A DNA stretch of 64,000 nt from an uncultured Acidobacteriota bacterium (GCA_963777605.1 CAVZRV010000027.1:32001-96000), one strand, 5' to 3'; numbered from the stretch's first letter, positions 1 through 11,974 are shown. Numbers and translations: made by a program. Notes: a model not told the origin generated them from the letters alone.

Positions 1-145
1 CGCGGCAGATGATCTATCCTCCCAAGCGGAAGGAATACCCTCCCGCAGACGCGTAGGGTCCACGAAACCAGGCCAGCCGCGCCCTGCCCGAGACGGAACG
101 GGTGCGGCTGGCCTCGAGCAACCTGTTTAGTGATAGGATCTTGGC

Positions 146-442
146 GTGACGTTGAACAGCTCTGATCGCCGCCAACTTCGATCCCTCGCCCACCCGCTGG
201 AAGCCTCCGTCCAGATCGGCCAGCGAGGTCTCACCGATCCCGTTCTTGCGGAAATCGATCTGGCCTTGAATGCCCACGAGTTGATCAAGATCAGGTTCCG
301 GGACTACAAGGATCAAAAGTCGTCTCTATGTGACCAGATCTCGGAGCGGCTGGCCTCTGAAACGGTCGGGATAGTCGGTCATATCGCCATCCTCTACCGT
401 CAAAACCCCGACCCCGAAAAGCAGAAAATTCGCATCCGCTGA
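146..442 (+). CDS. yhbY: YhbY/CRS1 family RNA-binding (ribosome assembly) protein
   Basis: 98 aa; LRSLAHPLEASVQIGQRGLT...HELIKIRF...VGHIAILYR is the typical CRM domain pattern. Confidence 0.9.
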   Translation: MTLNSSDRRQLRSLAHPLEASVQIGQRGLTDPVLAEIDLALNAHELIKIRFRDYKDQKSSLCDQISERLASETVGIVGHIAILYRQNPDPEKQKIRIR

Positions 443-544
443 GACTCGGGGCACCCTTCCGTCACACCGGTCGTCTAATCTGGATTCACCATTTGCCGAT
501 ATTTGTCATCTGGGGGGGCAGGCCCGGTCAGGTGGGGGTGTAAG

Positions 545-1777
545 ATGACGCACGGCGATATATTTGTCGCTCGTCAGCCCATTTTTGATCGGGGGCGGCG
601 AGTCACAGGGTACGAGCTTCTCTTCCGAAGTAGTCGGGAGAATGCGGCGGAGTTTGCCTGCCACCGAACGGCCACAAGCCGCGTGATTTCGGCCAGCTAC
701 CTGGACATTGGTATCCACGAGTTGACGGCCGGTCTGCCCGCCTACATCAATTTCAGCAGGGATCTTCTGCTGGACGGGACAGCGGAAGTCCTGGAACCTC
801 AGCAGGTCGTCATCGAGGTCCTCGAGGACGTCACCCCAGATCCGGAAGTAGTCAGCAGTATCCTGGAATTGAAGAACCGGGGTTTCCGAATTGCCCTGGA
901 TGACTTCACCGGCCGGAATGCCTCGAGCGGACTGCTTCCCCTGGCCGACATTTTGAAGATCGATCTGCTCGAGGTCCCGGCTACTGAGGTAGGTCCCCTT
1001 GTGGAACGAATCCGATCCCGTGCCTCGCCGGGCGTGGTCCTGCTTGCAGAGAAAGTGGAAACCTATGCTCAGCTTTCGGACGCCAAGTTCCAGGATTTCG
1101 ACCTTTTCCAGGGGTATTTCTTCAGCAAACCGGAGGTGATTCAGGGTCCAAGGATCCCCGAGTCGAAGATCTCCCACCTCAAGCTCCTTCAGACTCTTCA
1201 AGCCCCTTCGATCACGGTCTCGGAAATGGAAGACATCATTAAGAGCGATGTTGCTCTCACCACGAAGCTCCTGAAGTACATCAACGCGGCCGCCTTTCCT
1301 TGGGCAAAGCGAATCCAGTCGGTCCGCCACGCACTGGTTCTCCTCGGCGAGTTGAATATTCGCAAGTGGACGGCAATCGTCGCGCTCTCGGAACTCTGTG
1401 CTGAGAAGCCGCGAGAGCTTGCATTGGCTTCAAGTTTCCGGGGCCGATTCTGCGAACTGGCCGGCCATTTGACCAAGTCCTCTCCTTACAACGAGTTGGA
1501 GCATTTTCTCCTCGGGGCGCTTTCAAATCTCGAGGCCATGCTGGACGTTCCCATGGAGCACGTTATCCGTCCACTGCCTATTTCGGATGCAGTAAAGGGA
1601 GCCTTGTGCGGAGAGAAGAGCATCCTGAAAGATCTCCTGGACACGGCCGCGTCCTACGAGAGGGGCGACTGGAACAGCCTCGGCGAATTGTGTCGCCGGA
1701 TCAACCTGCGAGAAAACGCCCTCCCCGAGATCTATCGGGATGCCCTGGTCTGGAGCGACCGGGTGCTCCGGATCTGA
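545..1777 (+). CDS. EAL and HDOD domain c-di-GMP signalling protein (YuxH/PdeH-like)
   Basis: FVARQPIFD...GYELLFR, IALDDF, LLAEKVET, FQGYFF, then HDOD (LLKYINAA, ALVLLG). ATG at 545 preferred over the TTG at 503. Confidence 0.88.
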   Translation: MTHGDIFVARQPIFDRGRRVTGYELLFRSSRENAAEFACHRTATSRVISASYLDIGIHELTAGLPAYINFSRDLLLDGTAEVLEPQQVVIEVLEDVTPDPEVVSSILELKNRGFRIALDDFTGRNASSGLLPLADILKIDLLEVPATEVGPLVERIRSRASPGVVLLAEKVETYAQLSDAKFQDFDLFQGYFFSKPEVIQGPRIPESKISHLKLLQTLQAPSITVSEMEDIIKSDVALTTKLLKYINAAAFPWAKRIQSVRHALVLLGELNIRKWTAIVALSELCAEKPRELALASSFRGRFCELAGHLTKSSPYNELEHFLLGALSNLEAMLDVPMEHVIRPLPISDAVKGALCGEKSILKDLLDTAASYERGDWNSLGELCRRINLRENALPEIYRDALVWSDRVLRI

Positions 1778-1818
1778 ACCGGGTGGATTGCGCTATACTG
1801 CTCCATTCTTGAATTCTA

Positions 1819-3000
1819 GTGCACGGGATGCAGCAGGACCCAGTGATTGAACAAGAGGTCGTCAAAGAGCGACTGCAGTCCATCAAGCGGATCGTAGTCA
1901 AAGTCGGAACCAACCTCCTCCGGGGAACCGACGAGGGACTGAACCTGAATTTCATGGACTGCCTGGCCCGCCAGGTCGGCGCCGTCCGGTCCAGGGGCGT
2001 TGACGTAATCCTGGTTTCGTCGGGCGCTGTCGGCGCCGGTGCTTACGAACTGGGTTTTGACCAGCCGCCCTCCGAAACCAATGTCCGCCAGGCATTGGCG
2101 GCTGTCGGGCAGTCGCGGCTGATGCACCATTACAAGCAGGTCTTCTCGCGCCATGACATCAAGGTCGCCCAAGTTCTCCTCACTCGCGACAGCCTCGACC
2201 ACAGGAAGCGTTACCTCAACGCCCGCAACGCTTTTGAGACACTGCTCTCCTGGGATGTCCTGCCCATCGTCAATGAAAACGACACCATCGCAATCGAGGA
2301 ACTCAAGTTCGGGGACAACGATCAACTGGCTGCATTGATTGCCGGAAAGATTGATGCCGACCTGCTGATCATCCTGACCGACGTGCAGGGCATCTTCGAT
2401 CGCCCCCCGTCCCTGCCAGACGCCCAGCGAATCCCCTTTCTTCAACTCGATCAGCAGGCAACGATCGAAATCGGTGAGGGAGGCGCCAGCGCCTTCGGCT
2501 TGGGAGGCATGCGAAGCAAGCTGGAAGCAGCTCGATTGGCGACAACAGCCGGGATCCTGACCTTTATTGGTCCCGGCCGAACCGACGAAATTCTCCTCCG
2601 CATCCTCGACGGCGAGAATCTCGGCACCTGGTGTGAACCCTATCGGAAGCGGATTTCGGCCCGCAAGCGGTGGCTCGCCCTCGGAAAACGCAGGGGAGAG
2701 GGGCGAATCTACATCGATGCCGGTGCCGAGAAGGCCCTCCGAACAGGGGGCAAAAGCCTGCTCCCCTCAGGCGTCTCCCGGGTTGAGGGTGACTTCCATC
2801 AGGGAGACCTGATAAGGGTCTACGGTGCTCCGCTCAAGGAAATCGCCGTCGGGCTCTCACAGTACTCGGCGGAGGAATTGCAGGCCGTGCTGGGGCTGAA
2901 GACTCCCGAGGTCCAGCGCCTGCTTGGCGAGAGGCAAAACCTTGAAGTGATCCACCGGGACGACATGGTCGTCTTCGACGAAGGACTGGATAATGGCTGA
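1819..3000 (+). CDS. proB: glutamate 5-kinase with PUA domain
   Basis: RIVVKVGT, VSSGAV, NENDT, FGDND, GGMRSKL; C-terminal PUA domain; adjacent to proA. Confidence 0.97.
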   Translation: MHGMQQDPVIEQEVVKERLQSIKRIVVKVGTNLLRGTDEGLNLNFMDCLARQVGAVRSRGVDVILVSSGAVGAGAYELGFDQPPSETNVRQALAAVGQSRLMHHYKQVFSRHDIKVAQVLLTRDSLDHRKRYLNARNAFETLLSWDVLPIVNENDTIAIEELKFGDNDQLAALIAGKIDADLLIILTDVQGIFDRPPSLPDAQRIPFLQLDQQATIEIGEGGASAFGLGGMRSKLEAARLATTAGILTFIGPGRTDEILLRILDGENLGTWCEPYRKRISARKRWLALGKRRGEGRIYIDAGAEKALRTGGKSLLPSGVSRVEGDFHQGDLIRVYGAPLKEIAVGLSQYSAEELQAVLGLKTPEVQRLLGERQNLEVIHRDDMVVFDEGLDNG

Positions 3001-4261
3001 CGAATTCTCCATCGAAGCGATGATCCGCAACGTCTGCCGGGCTGCCCGCAAGGCGTGGCATGATATGGCCGAACTCCAACCGGATGCCAAAGAGCAGGCC
3101 CTCAGGAAGATGGCGACAGTGATTCGGGATCATCGGTTAAAGATCCAGCGGGCAAATCAGCGTGATCTCGAGGCGGGCCGCGAACGGGACTTGAGCGCTG
3201 CGATGCTCGATCGCCTCGAACTGACCGACTCCCGAATTGAAGGAATGGCTGCTGGACTCGAAGAGATTGCGGCCATGCCCGATCCGGTCGGCGAGGTAGT
3301 CTCCCAGACTCGGCGGCCCGGTGGCCTGGAAGTCGGTCGAGTCCGTATTCCCCTGGGAGTCGTGACCATCATCTACGAATCCCGTCCCAACGTTACGGCT
3401 GATGCCGCCGGACTCTGCTTCAAGGCGGGCAACGCCACGATTCTGAGGGGAGGCTCCGAGGCGATTCACTCCAACCTCGAAATTGCCCGCTCCGTTCGAA
3501 AGGCGCTGTCCGACTGCAGGATCAATCCCGACGCCGTCCAGGTTATCGATACGCCGTCCCGGGACGCGGTGGGCTGTCTCCTACGCCAGAGTGACATGAT
3601 CGACGTGGTGATTCCGCGCGGGGGAAAGAGCCTGATCCAGCGAGTCGTGGAAGAATCGACGGTTCCCGTGATCAAGCACTACGAGGGGATCTGCCATCTC
3701 TACGTTCACTCCGAGGCCGACCTGGACATGGCCCTGCGGATCGTCGTGAATGCGAAGGCCCAGCGACCCGGGACCTGCAATGCAATGGAGACTTTGCTGG
3801 TTGACCGGGCCGTTGCGGGCGTATTCCTTCCCCTCCTGGGAGCTGAATTCGAGCGCCTCGGGATCGGGGTGTACGGCTGCCCCGAAACAGCTACCCTCAT
3901 GACGGTAACGGCGGAGGCATCCGAGGAGAATTACCGGACTGAGTACCTGTCGATGACCTGTAACGTCCGCATTGTCTCCGGATTGGACCAGGCCGTCGAA
4001 CACATTGAGCAGTTTGGTTCGAACCACACCGAATCGATCGTCACGCGCTCCTATGCGGCCGCCCGCAAATTTGTCCGGGTGGTGGACTCTTCTTCAGTTA
4101 TGGTGAATGCGAGCACCCGGCTGGCAGATGGCGGAGTGTACGGCCTCGGAGCGGAGATCGGGATCAGCACGGACAAGCTCCACGCCTACGGCCCGATGGG
4201 GGTCAAGGAACTGACGGCGTGTAAATTCGTCGTTTTCGGAGACGGACACCTTCGCGAATGA
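2993..4261 (+). CDS. proA: gamma-glutamyl phosphate reductase
   Basis: IYESRPNVT, PRGG, CNAMETLL, VNASTRLADG, GAEIGIST. Confidence 0.97.
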   Translation: MADEFSIEAMIRNVCRAARKAWHDMAELQPDAKEQALRKMATVIRDHRLKIQRANQRDLEAGRERDLSAAMLDRLELTDSRIEGMAAGLEEIAAMPDPVGEVVSQTRRPGGLEVGRVRIPLGVVTIIYESRPNVTADAAGLCFKAGNATILRGGSEAIHSNLEIARSVRKALSDCRINPDAVQVIDTPSRDAVGCLLRQSDMIDVVIPRGGKSLIQRVVEESTVPVIKHYEGICHLYVHSEADLDMALRIVVNAKAQRPGTCNAMETLLVDRAVAGVFLPLLGAEFERLGIGVYGCPETATLMTVTAEASEENYRTEYLSMTCNVRIVSGLDQAVEHIEQFGSNHTESIVTRSYAAARKFVRVVDSSSVMVNASTRLADGGVYGLGAEIGISTDKLHAYGPMGVKELTACKFVVFGDGHLRE

Positions 4262-4268
4262 GCTTGCA

Positions 4269-6931
4269 TTATAGAGGCAGCCAGTAGTTCAGTTTGACCA
4301 GGAATACGTTCTCAGGCGGTGTCGAGAAGAGATTCCCGAGGTTGTGCCCGAGAGATTCATTGGTCACTCCTTCGAACAGGGACCTTCCCTGGGTCCAGAC
4401 GACGTAGACTACCGATCCCGGCGTGTATTCCCAGCGCGCCACGAGATTGGAGCGAAATTCCCGGAAATTGAAGTCGGGGTTCGCAATCGAATAGTCGAAG
4501 TTCCCGTCCCCAGTCTCGTCGAAGTAGTATCTGCGGTCGGCCTGGTCGTAGGAGATTCGGTCGCCCTGAAAAACTTCGAATCGCTGGTTGAAGTCGTTGG
4601 CCCGCGGATCGGTGAACCTTTTGAACCGAGAGTAAATGCCGGTAGAAACGTACGGGTTGCCGAAGTACTGGATCGTAAACTCCGGGGTGACGGCGAAGTC
4701 GAGGCGGAATGTCAATCCCAGTGTCCTCTGATCGATATTCGCCACCAGGTCCCGTCGATCCCCCTCGAAGTCTGTGCGCTCCACATATTGAAAAATGTCG
4801 TGGTTTAACGAGTACTCGGCCGAAGTTGAAAAGAGGAGGGGGTTCCGAATCCGAAAGCTCACTCCCGGAGAGAACCGCTTGAAGCTCGATTCCCGGTTGT
4901 CGTAACGGTGAGCGTGATAATTGAACTGAAAGCTGACTCTGCGGGAGTTGTCGGTCTCAAGCGTGGTATTGGATGACCAGAATCCGAGCAGTTTGACCCC
5001 AGGCCCTCCCCGCAGCAGCCGGGTGTCGAGCGAATCGCCGATCCGTGCGAGTTGGGCTGTAGCGGCCCACTTGTTCTTGAAGACGACCTCGACAGCACCG
5101 GAAACCGTCGGCCTCAGGAAGTCACCGGAGAAATCCCACTGCGCCTCCTGCTGGAATTCCAGGGTATACTCCCGGAAGATCCCCTTCGGTTCGGTGTAAA
5201 CGTAGGCCACTGAGGTCTCCTGGTCTACCGTGTCGGCGATCCGCAGGTAGCCAAGGTCGTTCAACTCCAGTCCGGGGGACCGCCAGCTCACCGTCTCGTG
5301 GAACCGCCAGGGGCCATTAGCTCCTTTCCGACCTCGATCTCACCGCCATGACCCTGAAGGCTCGTCCGGTTCGGGTCGAGTCGAACGTGTTCGGCATCCG
5401 GCCGCTGGAAGTAGCGGGCCGAAGCCTCCTGAAGCTGCAAGATCGATTCACGGCTTCCTCGAACGTCACTGAAGAGGACCTTGGCATCGAAGAAGTAGGT
5501 CTTGTCTTTCCAATGATGGCGAAAATCGAGGCCGCCCGCGTTGGCGTCGGCGGGAAGAAACTCGAGTTGCGGGTCATCAATACCCCGATGGGTTGACGTG
5601 AACATCCCGCCGAAGATCGTGTTGCTGCCGTTGAAATCCTTCTGGACTCTTCCAACAGCGTAATTGGACAAGGGAGCCACGTTTTCAGTTCTCGAAGTCC
5701 CCCCCGGAGAGAGAATGTCGGCCGACTCCTTGGAAGTGATGCCATCGATCACTCCGACGGAGAGACCACCTGCGGTCTTTCCGGTCAGTTTCACAGCCCC
5801 CAGTATGGAGGTGCTGGCGGGGGCTCTCACGAATTCCGAGTTCGGATCCACCACGGGTTCGTACCGCGGGGCTTCTCCGATTCTCCGGGAATAGAAAAGA
5901 AGGTCATCCCCTAAATCGAAATCGAAGATGGTCTTCCCCTCAAGAAAGAACGGTCGCTTCTCTTCATAGAAAGTCTCGAACGCGGTGATATTCAGCACCG
6001 ACGGATCGACTTCAACCTGCCCGAAGTCAGGGTTGACGGTAAAGTCGAGGGTGAACGCACTGTTCAACCCCAGCTTCCCGTCGAGCCCGGCCGATCCGGT
6101 CCAGTCGGTACGGTTCCGCGTGGAGGTGAAGAAATCGGGAGCAGACTTCACCTCGCCCAATACGTACGGAAGGAGCTCAATTCGCCGGCTTTTCGGAATC
6201 CCGTGAATTCCGTGCAACTCCCCAATGGAATACAAGTGCCCCGGGTTGTCCCTCCCGATCAGGTTCCACTGGTCCTCCTCACGGTTGCGATTGATCCATC
6301 GCCAGGAATGAAGCCCCCAGACCTGGACGTCCCTGTCGGAGTATCGCAACTGGCTCAAGGGTATTCTCATCTCTGCAGTCCAGGCCCCCGGCTCGCTTCC
6401 AACCGCTCCGTACCAGACCGGATCCCAACTCGTGTCCCAACCATCGTTCCTCAGGATGAGATCAACCTTTGCGCCGGCTGCCGTGAGATCAAACTCGAAC
6501 CCCGTGCGATGATCAAAATAGCTGTCGAAACAGACGCCGATGACATCACCCTCGATGGCGTCCCGCCGGCCGAGCTTACGATCAATTTTGTCAGGTTCAG
6601 TGTCGAAGGCCCGGAAGGCAACGTAGACGTTCTGGTCGTCGTAAAGGATCTTGATCTCGGTCTCCTGCGAGGGGGGACCACCGTCTACTGGCATGAACTG
6701 CTGGTACCCACGCGACCAGATTCCCTCTTCCCAGCAGGGATCGGTCAGCGTGCCATCGATCTTGGGAGGCTCACCAACCAGGCGCTGGGTATAGTAGATC
6801 CGCTTTCCCTCCGGGGTTCGCGGATCCTTTTCGTTGCCCGAAGCCACATCCTGGAAACCAAACGCCGGAGAAGCGGACAGAACCGTCACGCCCACCGACC
6901 AGACAACAGCTCGAAACCAGCTCAAATTCAT
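4269..6931 (-). pseudogene. DUF5916/CBM9-like exported protein split by one frameshift near 5320
   Basis: ORF 5288-6931 (signal peptide, PKIDGTL, WTAEMRIP, VNPDFGQVE, YEEKRPFF, YSRRIG) continues in another frame into ORF 4269-5291 (SPGLELNDLG...FLVKLNYW). Confidence 0.75.
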
Positions 6932-7210
6932 CTTTCAGCATCCACTCGAGCACCAGACCAGGCAACGATCGACCACTTGCTCAATGACCTGCTCTCGCTG
7001 ATCGTTTCCGAAAGGAGTCGTCCCAACCGCCACCCTCACATCGTCCGAACCTGAACCGAATGTCAACTTCATCGGTCATGGGATTCTACCAATTGAATCA
7101 AGGTCGCACCTGCATTTTTCGGAAGATTTCCCAGGGTCCAGCCAGCCCGACCGGCGGCGGTGTGGAGATCATTCACCGGCTGACCGATGCAAGCCAACGC
7201 CCCCGAACGA

Positions 7211-8857
7211 TCATCTCCGTTCGAGCTTGAACCAGAGAAACGCGTGCGGTCCTGGAGTCAGAAAGTACGGGAGCTCGCCGATTCGCGGAAACTCGTTCCG
7301 CCCAATCATCTCAACCGGAGTCATCCCTTCGTAACGCGACAGGTCGAGCTCCACCGGCTGGGCGAACCTGGACAGGTTGGAAATAACCAGAATGATCTCG
7401 TCGTCCAGTCGGCGGATAAAGACGAGGACACGACGGTTTGACGGTTTGAGAAACTCCATGGTCCCGCGGGAGAATGCCCGATAGCGCCGTCGCAACCCGA
7501 TCAGTCTCCGCATGAACTGGAGGAGCGAGGAAGAATTTCGCTCCTGGGCTTCCACGTTGACGGCCTGAAAGCCGTAAACCGGGTCCATGATCACCGGCAG
7601 GTAGAGCCGCGCCGGATCCGCCTTCGAAAAGCCGGCATTGCGGTCCCCGGTCCACTGCATCGGAGTTCGAACGCCGTCCCGGTCGCCCAGGAATATATTG
7701 TCCCCCATGCCGATCTCATCCCCGTAGTAGATCACCGGTGTCCCAGGCAGTGAAAGCAGCAGGCTGCTGAGCAGTTCGGCCCGTCGTCGGCTCTTGTCCA
7801 GCAGGGGAGCCAGACGCCTCCGGATCCCGACATTCAGCCTCATCCGGCTGTCGCCAGCAAATTCGGAATACATGTAGTCCCGCTCTTCGTCAGTGACCAT
7901 TTCGAGCGTGAGTTCATCGTGGTTTCGCAGGAAAAGCGCCCACTGGCAAGTCTCTGGAATTTCCGGAGTTCGTTCCAGAATCTCCGTGATCGGTCTGCGA
8001 TCTTCCTGGCGGAGCGCCATGAAGATCCGCGGCATGAGCGGAAAATGAAACGCCATATGGCACTCATCTCCGTCTCCAAAATAGGGGCGGACGTCCTCAG
8101 GCCACTGGTTGGCTTCGGCAAGCAGCATCCGGTTCGAGTAATTGGCGTCGATTTCACGACGCAATCGCTTGATCACCTCGTGCGTCTCGGGAAGGTTCTC
8201 GCAATTAGTCCCATCCCGTTCCACCAGGTACGGCACGGCATCCAGCCGGAGCCCGTCCACGCCCATATCGAGCCAGTAACGAAGGGCCTTGATAATCGAC
8301 CGGATCACCGCCGGGTTGTCGAAGTTCAAGTCGGGTTGATGGGCGAAGAACCGATGCCAGTAGTAAGCTTCGGCCTCGGAATCCCAGGTCCAATTTGACT
8401 TCTCCGTGTCGGTGAAGATGATTCGGGCATCCCGGTATCGGGTATCGGTGTCACTCCAGACGTAGTAATTTCGGTACGACGTGCCCGGCCCCGACCGGCG
8501 GGCCCGCTGGAACCAGGGGTGCTGGTCGGAGGTGTGGTTGATCACGAGTTCGGTGATCACCCTGAGGTTTCTGCGGTGCGCCTCGCGAACGAAACGCCTG
8601 AAATCCTGCAATGTCCCGTAATCGGGATGAACCCCCCGGTAGTCGGCAATATCGTAGCCGTCATCTTTCAGCGGTGAAGGATAGAACGGCAGCAGCCAGA
8701 TTGTATTGATTCCCAGACTTTCGATGTAATCGAGCTTCTGGATCAGCCCGCGGAAGTCTCCACGACCGTCGTTGCTGGCGTCAAAGAACGCCTTCACGTG
8801 AAGCTCGTAGATGATGGCATCCTTGTACCAGAGCGGGTCCTCTCCAAATTTGTCCAT
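7211..8857 (-). CDS. treS: trehalose synthase (maltose alpha-D-glucosyltransferase, GH13)
   Basis: [53 protein letters not shown]. Confidence 0.96.
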   Translation of the reverse strand: MDKFGEDPLWYKDAIIYELHVKAFFDASNDGRGDFRGLIQKLDYIESLGINTIWLLPFYPSPLKDDGYDIADYRGVHPDYGTLQDFRRFVREAHRRNLRVITELVINHTSDQHPWFQRARRSGPGTSYRNYYVWSDTDTRYRDARIIFTDTEKSNWTWDSEAEAYYWHRFFAHQPDLNFDNPAVIRSIIKALRYWLDMGVDGLRLDAVPYLVERDGTNCENLPETHEVIKRLRREIDANYSNRMLLAEANQWPEDVRPYFGDGDECHMAFHFPLMPRIFMALRQEDRRPITEILERTPEIPETCQWALFLRNHDELTLEMVTDEERDYMYSEFAGDSRMRLNVGIRRRLAPLLDKSRRRAELLSSLLLSLPGTPVIYYGDEIGMGDNIFLGDRDGVRTPMQWTGDRNAGFSKADPARLYLPVIMDPVYGFQAVNVEAQERNSSSLLQFMRRLIGLRRRYRAFSRGTMEFLKPSNRRVLVFIRRLDDEIILVISNLSRFAQPVELDLSRYEGMTPVEMIGRNEFPRIGELPYFLTPGPHAFLWFKLERR

Positions 8858-9149
8858 TACGCCCTCACGATCGGCCAGCCTCCCCGCGCAAGGCTGGGTA
8901 GCCTGCCACGAACACTCATTTCAAGCCCAAGCTGCTATGGTCCTGGAAAATCTCGCAAAACACGAGAAAGGTAGGACTTAAACCTATAATTTACAATATT
9001 TTATAGAAATTCTAGCGCTTGAACCCTCGGTTCGTCAAGTCAAGGTCTGATTTGCCGAAGGTCCGAGCGGATCAAGGATAAAGACTGAGTTTACCCGATA
9101 ATCCGACTTGAATGGGCAAAGGATTAGTTCACTCGGCGGCCGAAGCCGT

Positions 9150-9915
9150 TGATGAACGCCCGATGTTGATAGCTGCCTCAAAACGTTCGATAACCGAGAG
9201 CACAGCTCGTCAGAACCTCAACTGCGTATCGATCCGAGAGCCTGAGCGCCGACTCAGCAGAACATGGCTAAAAGCCATTCCAATGAACACTGGAACAACT
9301 ACCCAGCTTAGCACTCTCAGAGCAGGCAAAGAAGGAGCATAGTCGGCTCCAAAGACCAACAACAGCAGCGGTTTTCCAAACACGAACAGGAAGCCGGCGA
9401 TCGGAATTGAAACCGAAATCATGAGCAACAGCGACCGGCGGAAGAGCCGCTTAAATCGGAGACTGGCTCCGGGTAATGCTGCAAAAGAAGGGAGCACAGC
9501 ACTGAAGATGCCAAGCGGTATGTTGTTAAGTGCTTGGGGAATCCGAGCGACGGCCGCATAGATCCCGGCGTCGTAGGGCGCAGCCAGAAACGTCAAGAAG
9601 GAGACCGCAATGCGACTTGACACACTTTGGAACAGGGTCGCCAACCCAAACAGCGCCAAGGGCCACCTTCAACCCCATCAAAAGCGAGAGAATCTCACTT
9701 GACCGGCCAGGTTCTGACGAAATCAACCTCAGTGCCGTGTTGTGAATGCCCAAATCCCCACCGATGAGCAGCATCTGCACGATACTCCATCCAAATGAAT
9801 AGAGTCCAAAATCATGGGGACCCAACGCTCTGGCAAGAACGACCATAAAGATCGTCGGGATCACCAACGTGATCCCGAAAGCCGTCATTTGAGCAACCGC
9901 ATTTACAGCTATCAT
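9150..9915 (-). pseudogene. Wzx-type flippase remnant with internal deletions
   Basis: N-terminal LARALGPHDFGLYSF segment (9526-9915) joins out of frame to the mid-protein AGIYAAVARI...FGADY segment (9210-9659). Total ~760 bp versus ~1.4 kb expected. Confidence 0.7.
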
Positions 9916-9943
9916 CAGCGCTAAATTACGAGAATAGCCTAAG

Positions 9944-11974
9944 ATGCCGACGCCCGATAATCCTTTTTCTAAATTCGGCTTTCAAGTTAAAGAGTGCTAT
10001 CCTTTTCAGGTGATTCGGAAGTGTCTGTGGGCGATCGTCTTTGCCTCTTCGATCGCTCTGCTGACTTTGTTTTTCACTTTTCCGTTTCATAGACTGCTAT
10101 TCGGGCTGGTTTGTGTTGTAGTCGGAGCAGCCACGCTTCGGAGCGCGTCTCTTGGACTCTTTGTATTCCTTCTCTTCACGCTCCCGACACTCCAGATTCC
10201 AGCACTAAGCGGCTTGCCTTACTTCTTCGGACCCGAACCACCGATGCTGGCGTTCATTGCAGTCGTCTCGCTGAAGAATCTGCTCGTTCCTCGCCCACTC
10301 GAGTTTGGCGATATCCCGGCTGCTTTTCTTATCCTTTTCGTCACTGCTGTCTGCGCGTCGGCGTTTCTGGTTTGGCTTTCGCTTTGGCAATTTCCCGGGC
10401 CTTGGCCGATACTCCTGACGCTCGACGGAATCAGGCAGGTCTTCTTTTGGAGATGGGGAAATCCACTGAATTTCCTTCGGGTTGGGCTACTATTTCTGGA
10501 AGGCCCTGTCATCCTGTTCTGTGTGCTCAGTACCTTTCGACAACGCCCGGGGCAAACGGTCCGTGCAATCATCTCAGCACTGTTCATTTTGGCAACTTTG
10601 TTGATGGCCTATTCGGCAGCCGAACTTCTCATTCGCGGGAAGACACTGAGTTTGCATCCGGGCTTCGGGCCTGTTTTCATGGACCGCAATGCCTATGCGG
10701 CATTTTGGGTTGCGATCGTTCCTCTTGGGCTGGCCTCAACCGCCCAGACTCGTGGCCGTCTTCGGATGGCCCTCGTTCTCTTCACGGCTGCTGCAGCAGT
10801 GTTTTGTCTTATCTCCTTGTCTGTCACGGGGGTCTTCTCACTGATCGTCGCAACTTTTCTCTACTTTCTGCTGGCCACGCCCAAACCGACCCCATTGCTG
10901 ATTGCCCGGCGGTTCATTCCGGCACTGGTGATTTTCCTCCTGGTGTCACCAGCCATCGTATGGTTGGTTTCGATGAGTCCTAAGCTGCAGCAGAATCTGC
11001 AGGCTCGAATGGGGGAACGAATCGCTTTCTGGCTCCCTGCCGTGACAATGGCGGAGGAAAAGCCGTTTCTTGGACTTGGCCCCGGGGAGTTCTATCGTCT
11101 TCTCCCTCTGTACCGTGAGAGGAACGATGACCTGCCCGCATCAGCCTTCAAACAGGAAAATGCCCATAACTATTACCTTCAACTAGGGGCCGAGATCGGA
11201 ATCCTGGGAGTGCTCGGGTTCCTAGGCCTCAACATCTCTCTGATCTTTGGTTCTCTACAGGGCCTCGCCGAGGGCGCTTCGTACGATTTTCCCGAGCCGA
11301 GATCAAAGATCTCGACGGATCCGGGAACTTCCACGAACCCCAACGGGCACTCTGTGTCAGAACAGTTAAGAACCATTCGAAACAACTTCCCAAATGGACG
11401 AAGCGTGCTGGCAGGCCTGCTCGCCGCGCTTATCGGGCTATTGGTTTTTTCGGTGGCACAGCACCCCTTGCTACGGCTCGATTTTCAAATCTTCTTTTGG
11501 ACACTGGCCGCCGTTATCGCCGGATCCGCTCCCCAGAAGAACTCTCGTGCCCGCCAAAAATTCAAGACCGCAGCGCTGTTGCTCGTACTCCTGGCCACAC
11601 TGGGGCAATATGCATTCAATCCTCTCACAGACCGTACCAATTTCAGCTACGGTCTGCACGCCGATCCGTCGCACCCTGGATCCTCCAATTTCCGAACGGA
11701 GTCCCTCGTCTTTAGAAGGATTACCGGAAACGCCAGGGAGACCAACTTTCAAATCCGAAGTTGGCAAGGGACAGGAAATCAGAAGGTCCGTCTGTACGTC
11801 AACGGATCCTGGAACGAGGAAGAACTGAGTGGACGCAAATGGGTTCCTGTCCCCGTGGTTGGCCGAATGGGTCACTCAACGGACCTGGGCATCCAGGTAA
11901 TCGACTCCTTGCCTATCGGCTTCGCCGACAGCTGGGGCGCAGGAGTGCTCCTGTCGGAGGCACCAGGTCCGTAG
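9944..11974 (+). CDS. O-antigen ligase family (Wzy_C) membrane protein, possible O-oligosaccharyltransferase
   Basis: multiple TM segments; ERIAFW...PFLGLGPGEF...AHNYYLQLGAEIGILG. Confidence 0.8.
   Translation: MPTPDNPFSKFGFQVKECYPFQVIRKCLWAIVFASSIALLTLFFTFPFHRLLFGLVCVVVGAATLRSASLGLFVFLLFTLPTLQIPALSGLPYFFGPEPPMLAFIAVVSLKNLLVPRPLEFGDIPAAFLILFVTAVCASAFLVWLSLWQFPGPWPILLTLDGIRQVFFWRWGNPLNFLRVGLLFLEGPVILFCVLSTFRQRPGQTVRAIISALFILATLLMAYSAAELLIRGKTLSLHPGFGPVFMDRNAYAAFWVAIVPLGLASTAQTRGRLRMALVLFTAAAAVFCLISLSVTGVFSLIVATFLYFLLATPKPTPLLIARRFIPALVIFLLVSPAIVWLVSMSPKLQQNLQARMGERIAFWLPAVTMAEEKPFLGLGPGEFYRLLPLYRERNDDLPASAFKQENAHNYYLQLGAEIGILGVLGFLGLNISLIFGSLQGLAEGASYDFPEPRSKISTDPGTSTNPNGHSVSEQLRTIRNNFPNGRSVLAGLLAALIGLLVFSVAQHPLLRLDFQIFFWTLAAVIAGSAPQKNSRARQKFKTAALLLVLLATLGQYAFNPLTDRTNFSYGLHADPSHPGSSNFRTESLVFRRITGNARETNFQIRSWQGTGNQKVRLYVNGSWNEEELSGRKWVPVPVVGRMGHSTDLGIQVIDSLPIGFADSWGAGVLLSEAPGP

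Noticed and set aside
1-130. SRP RNA-like CGGAAGG motif
   Set aside because: The flanking CAGG and AGCAGC consensus is missing
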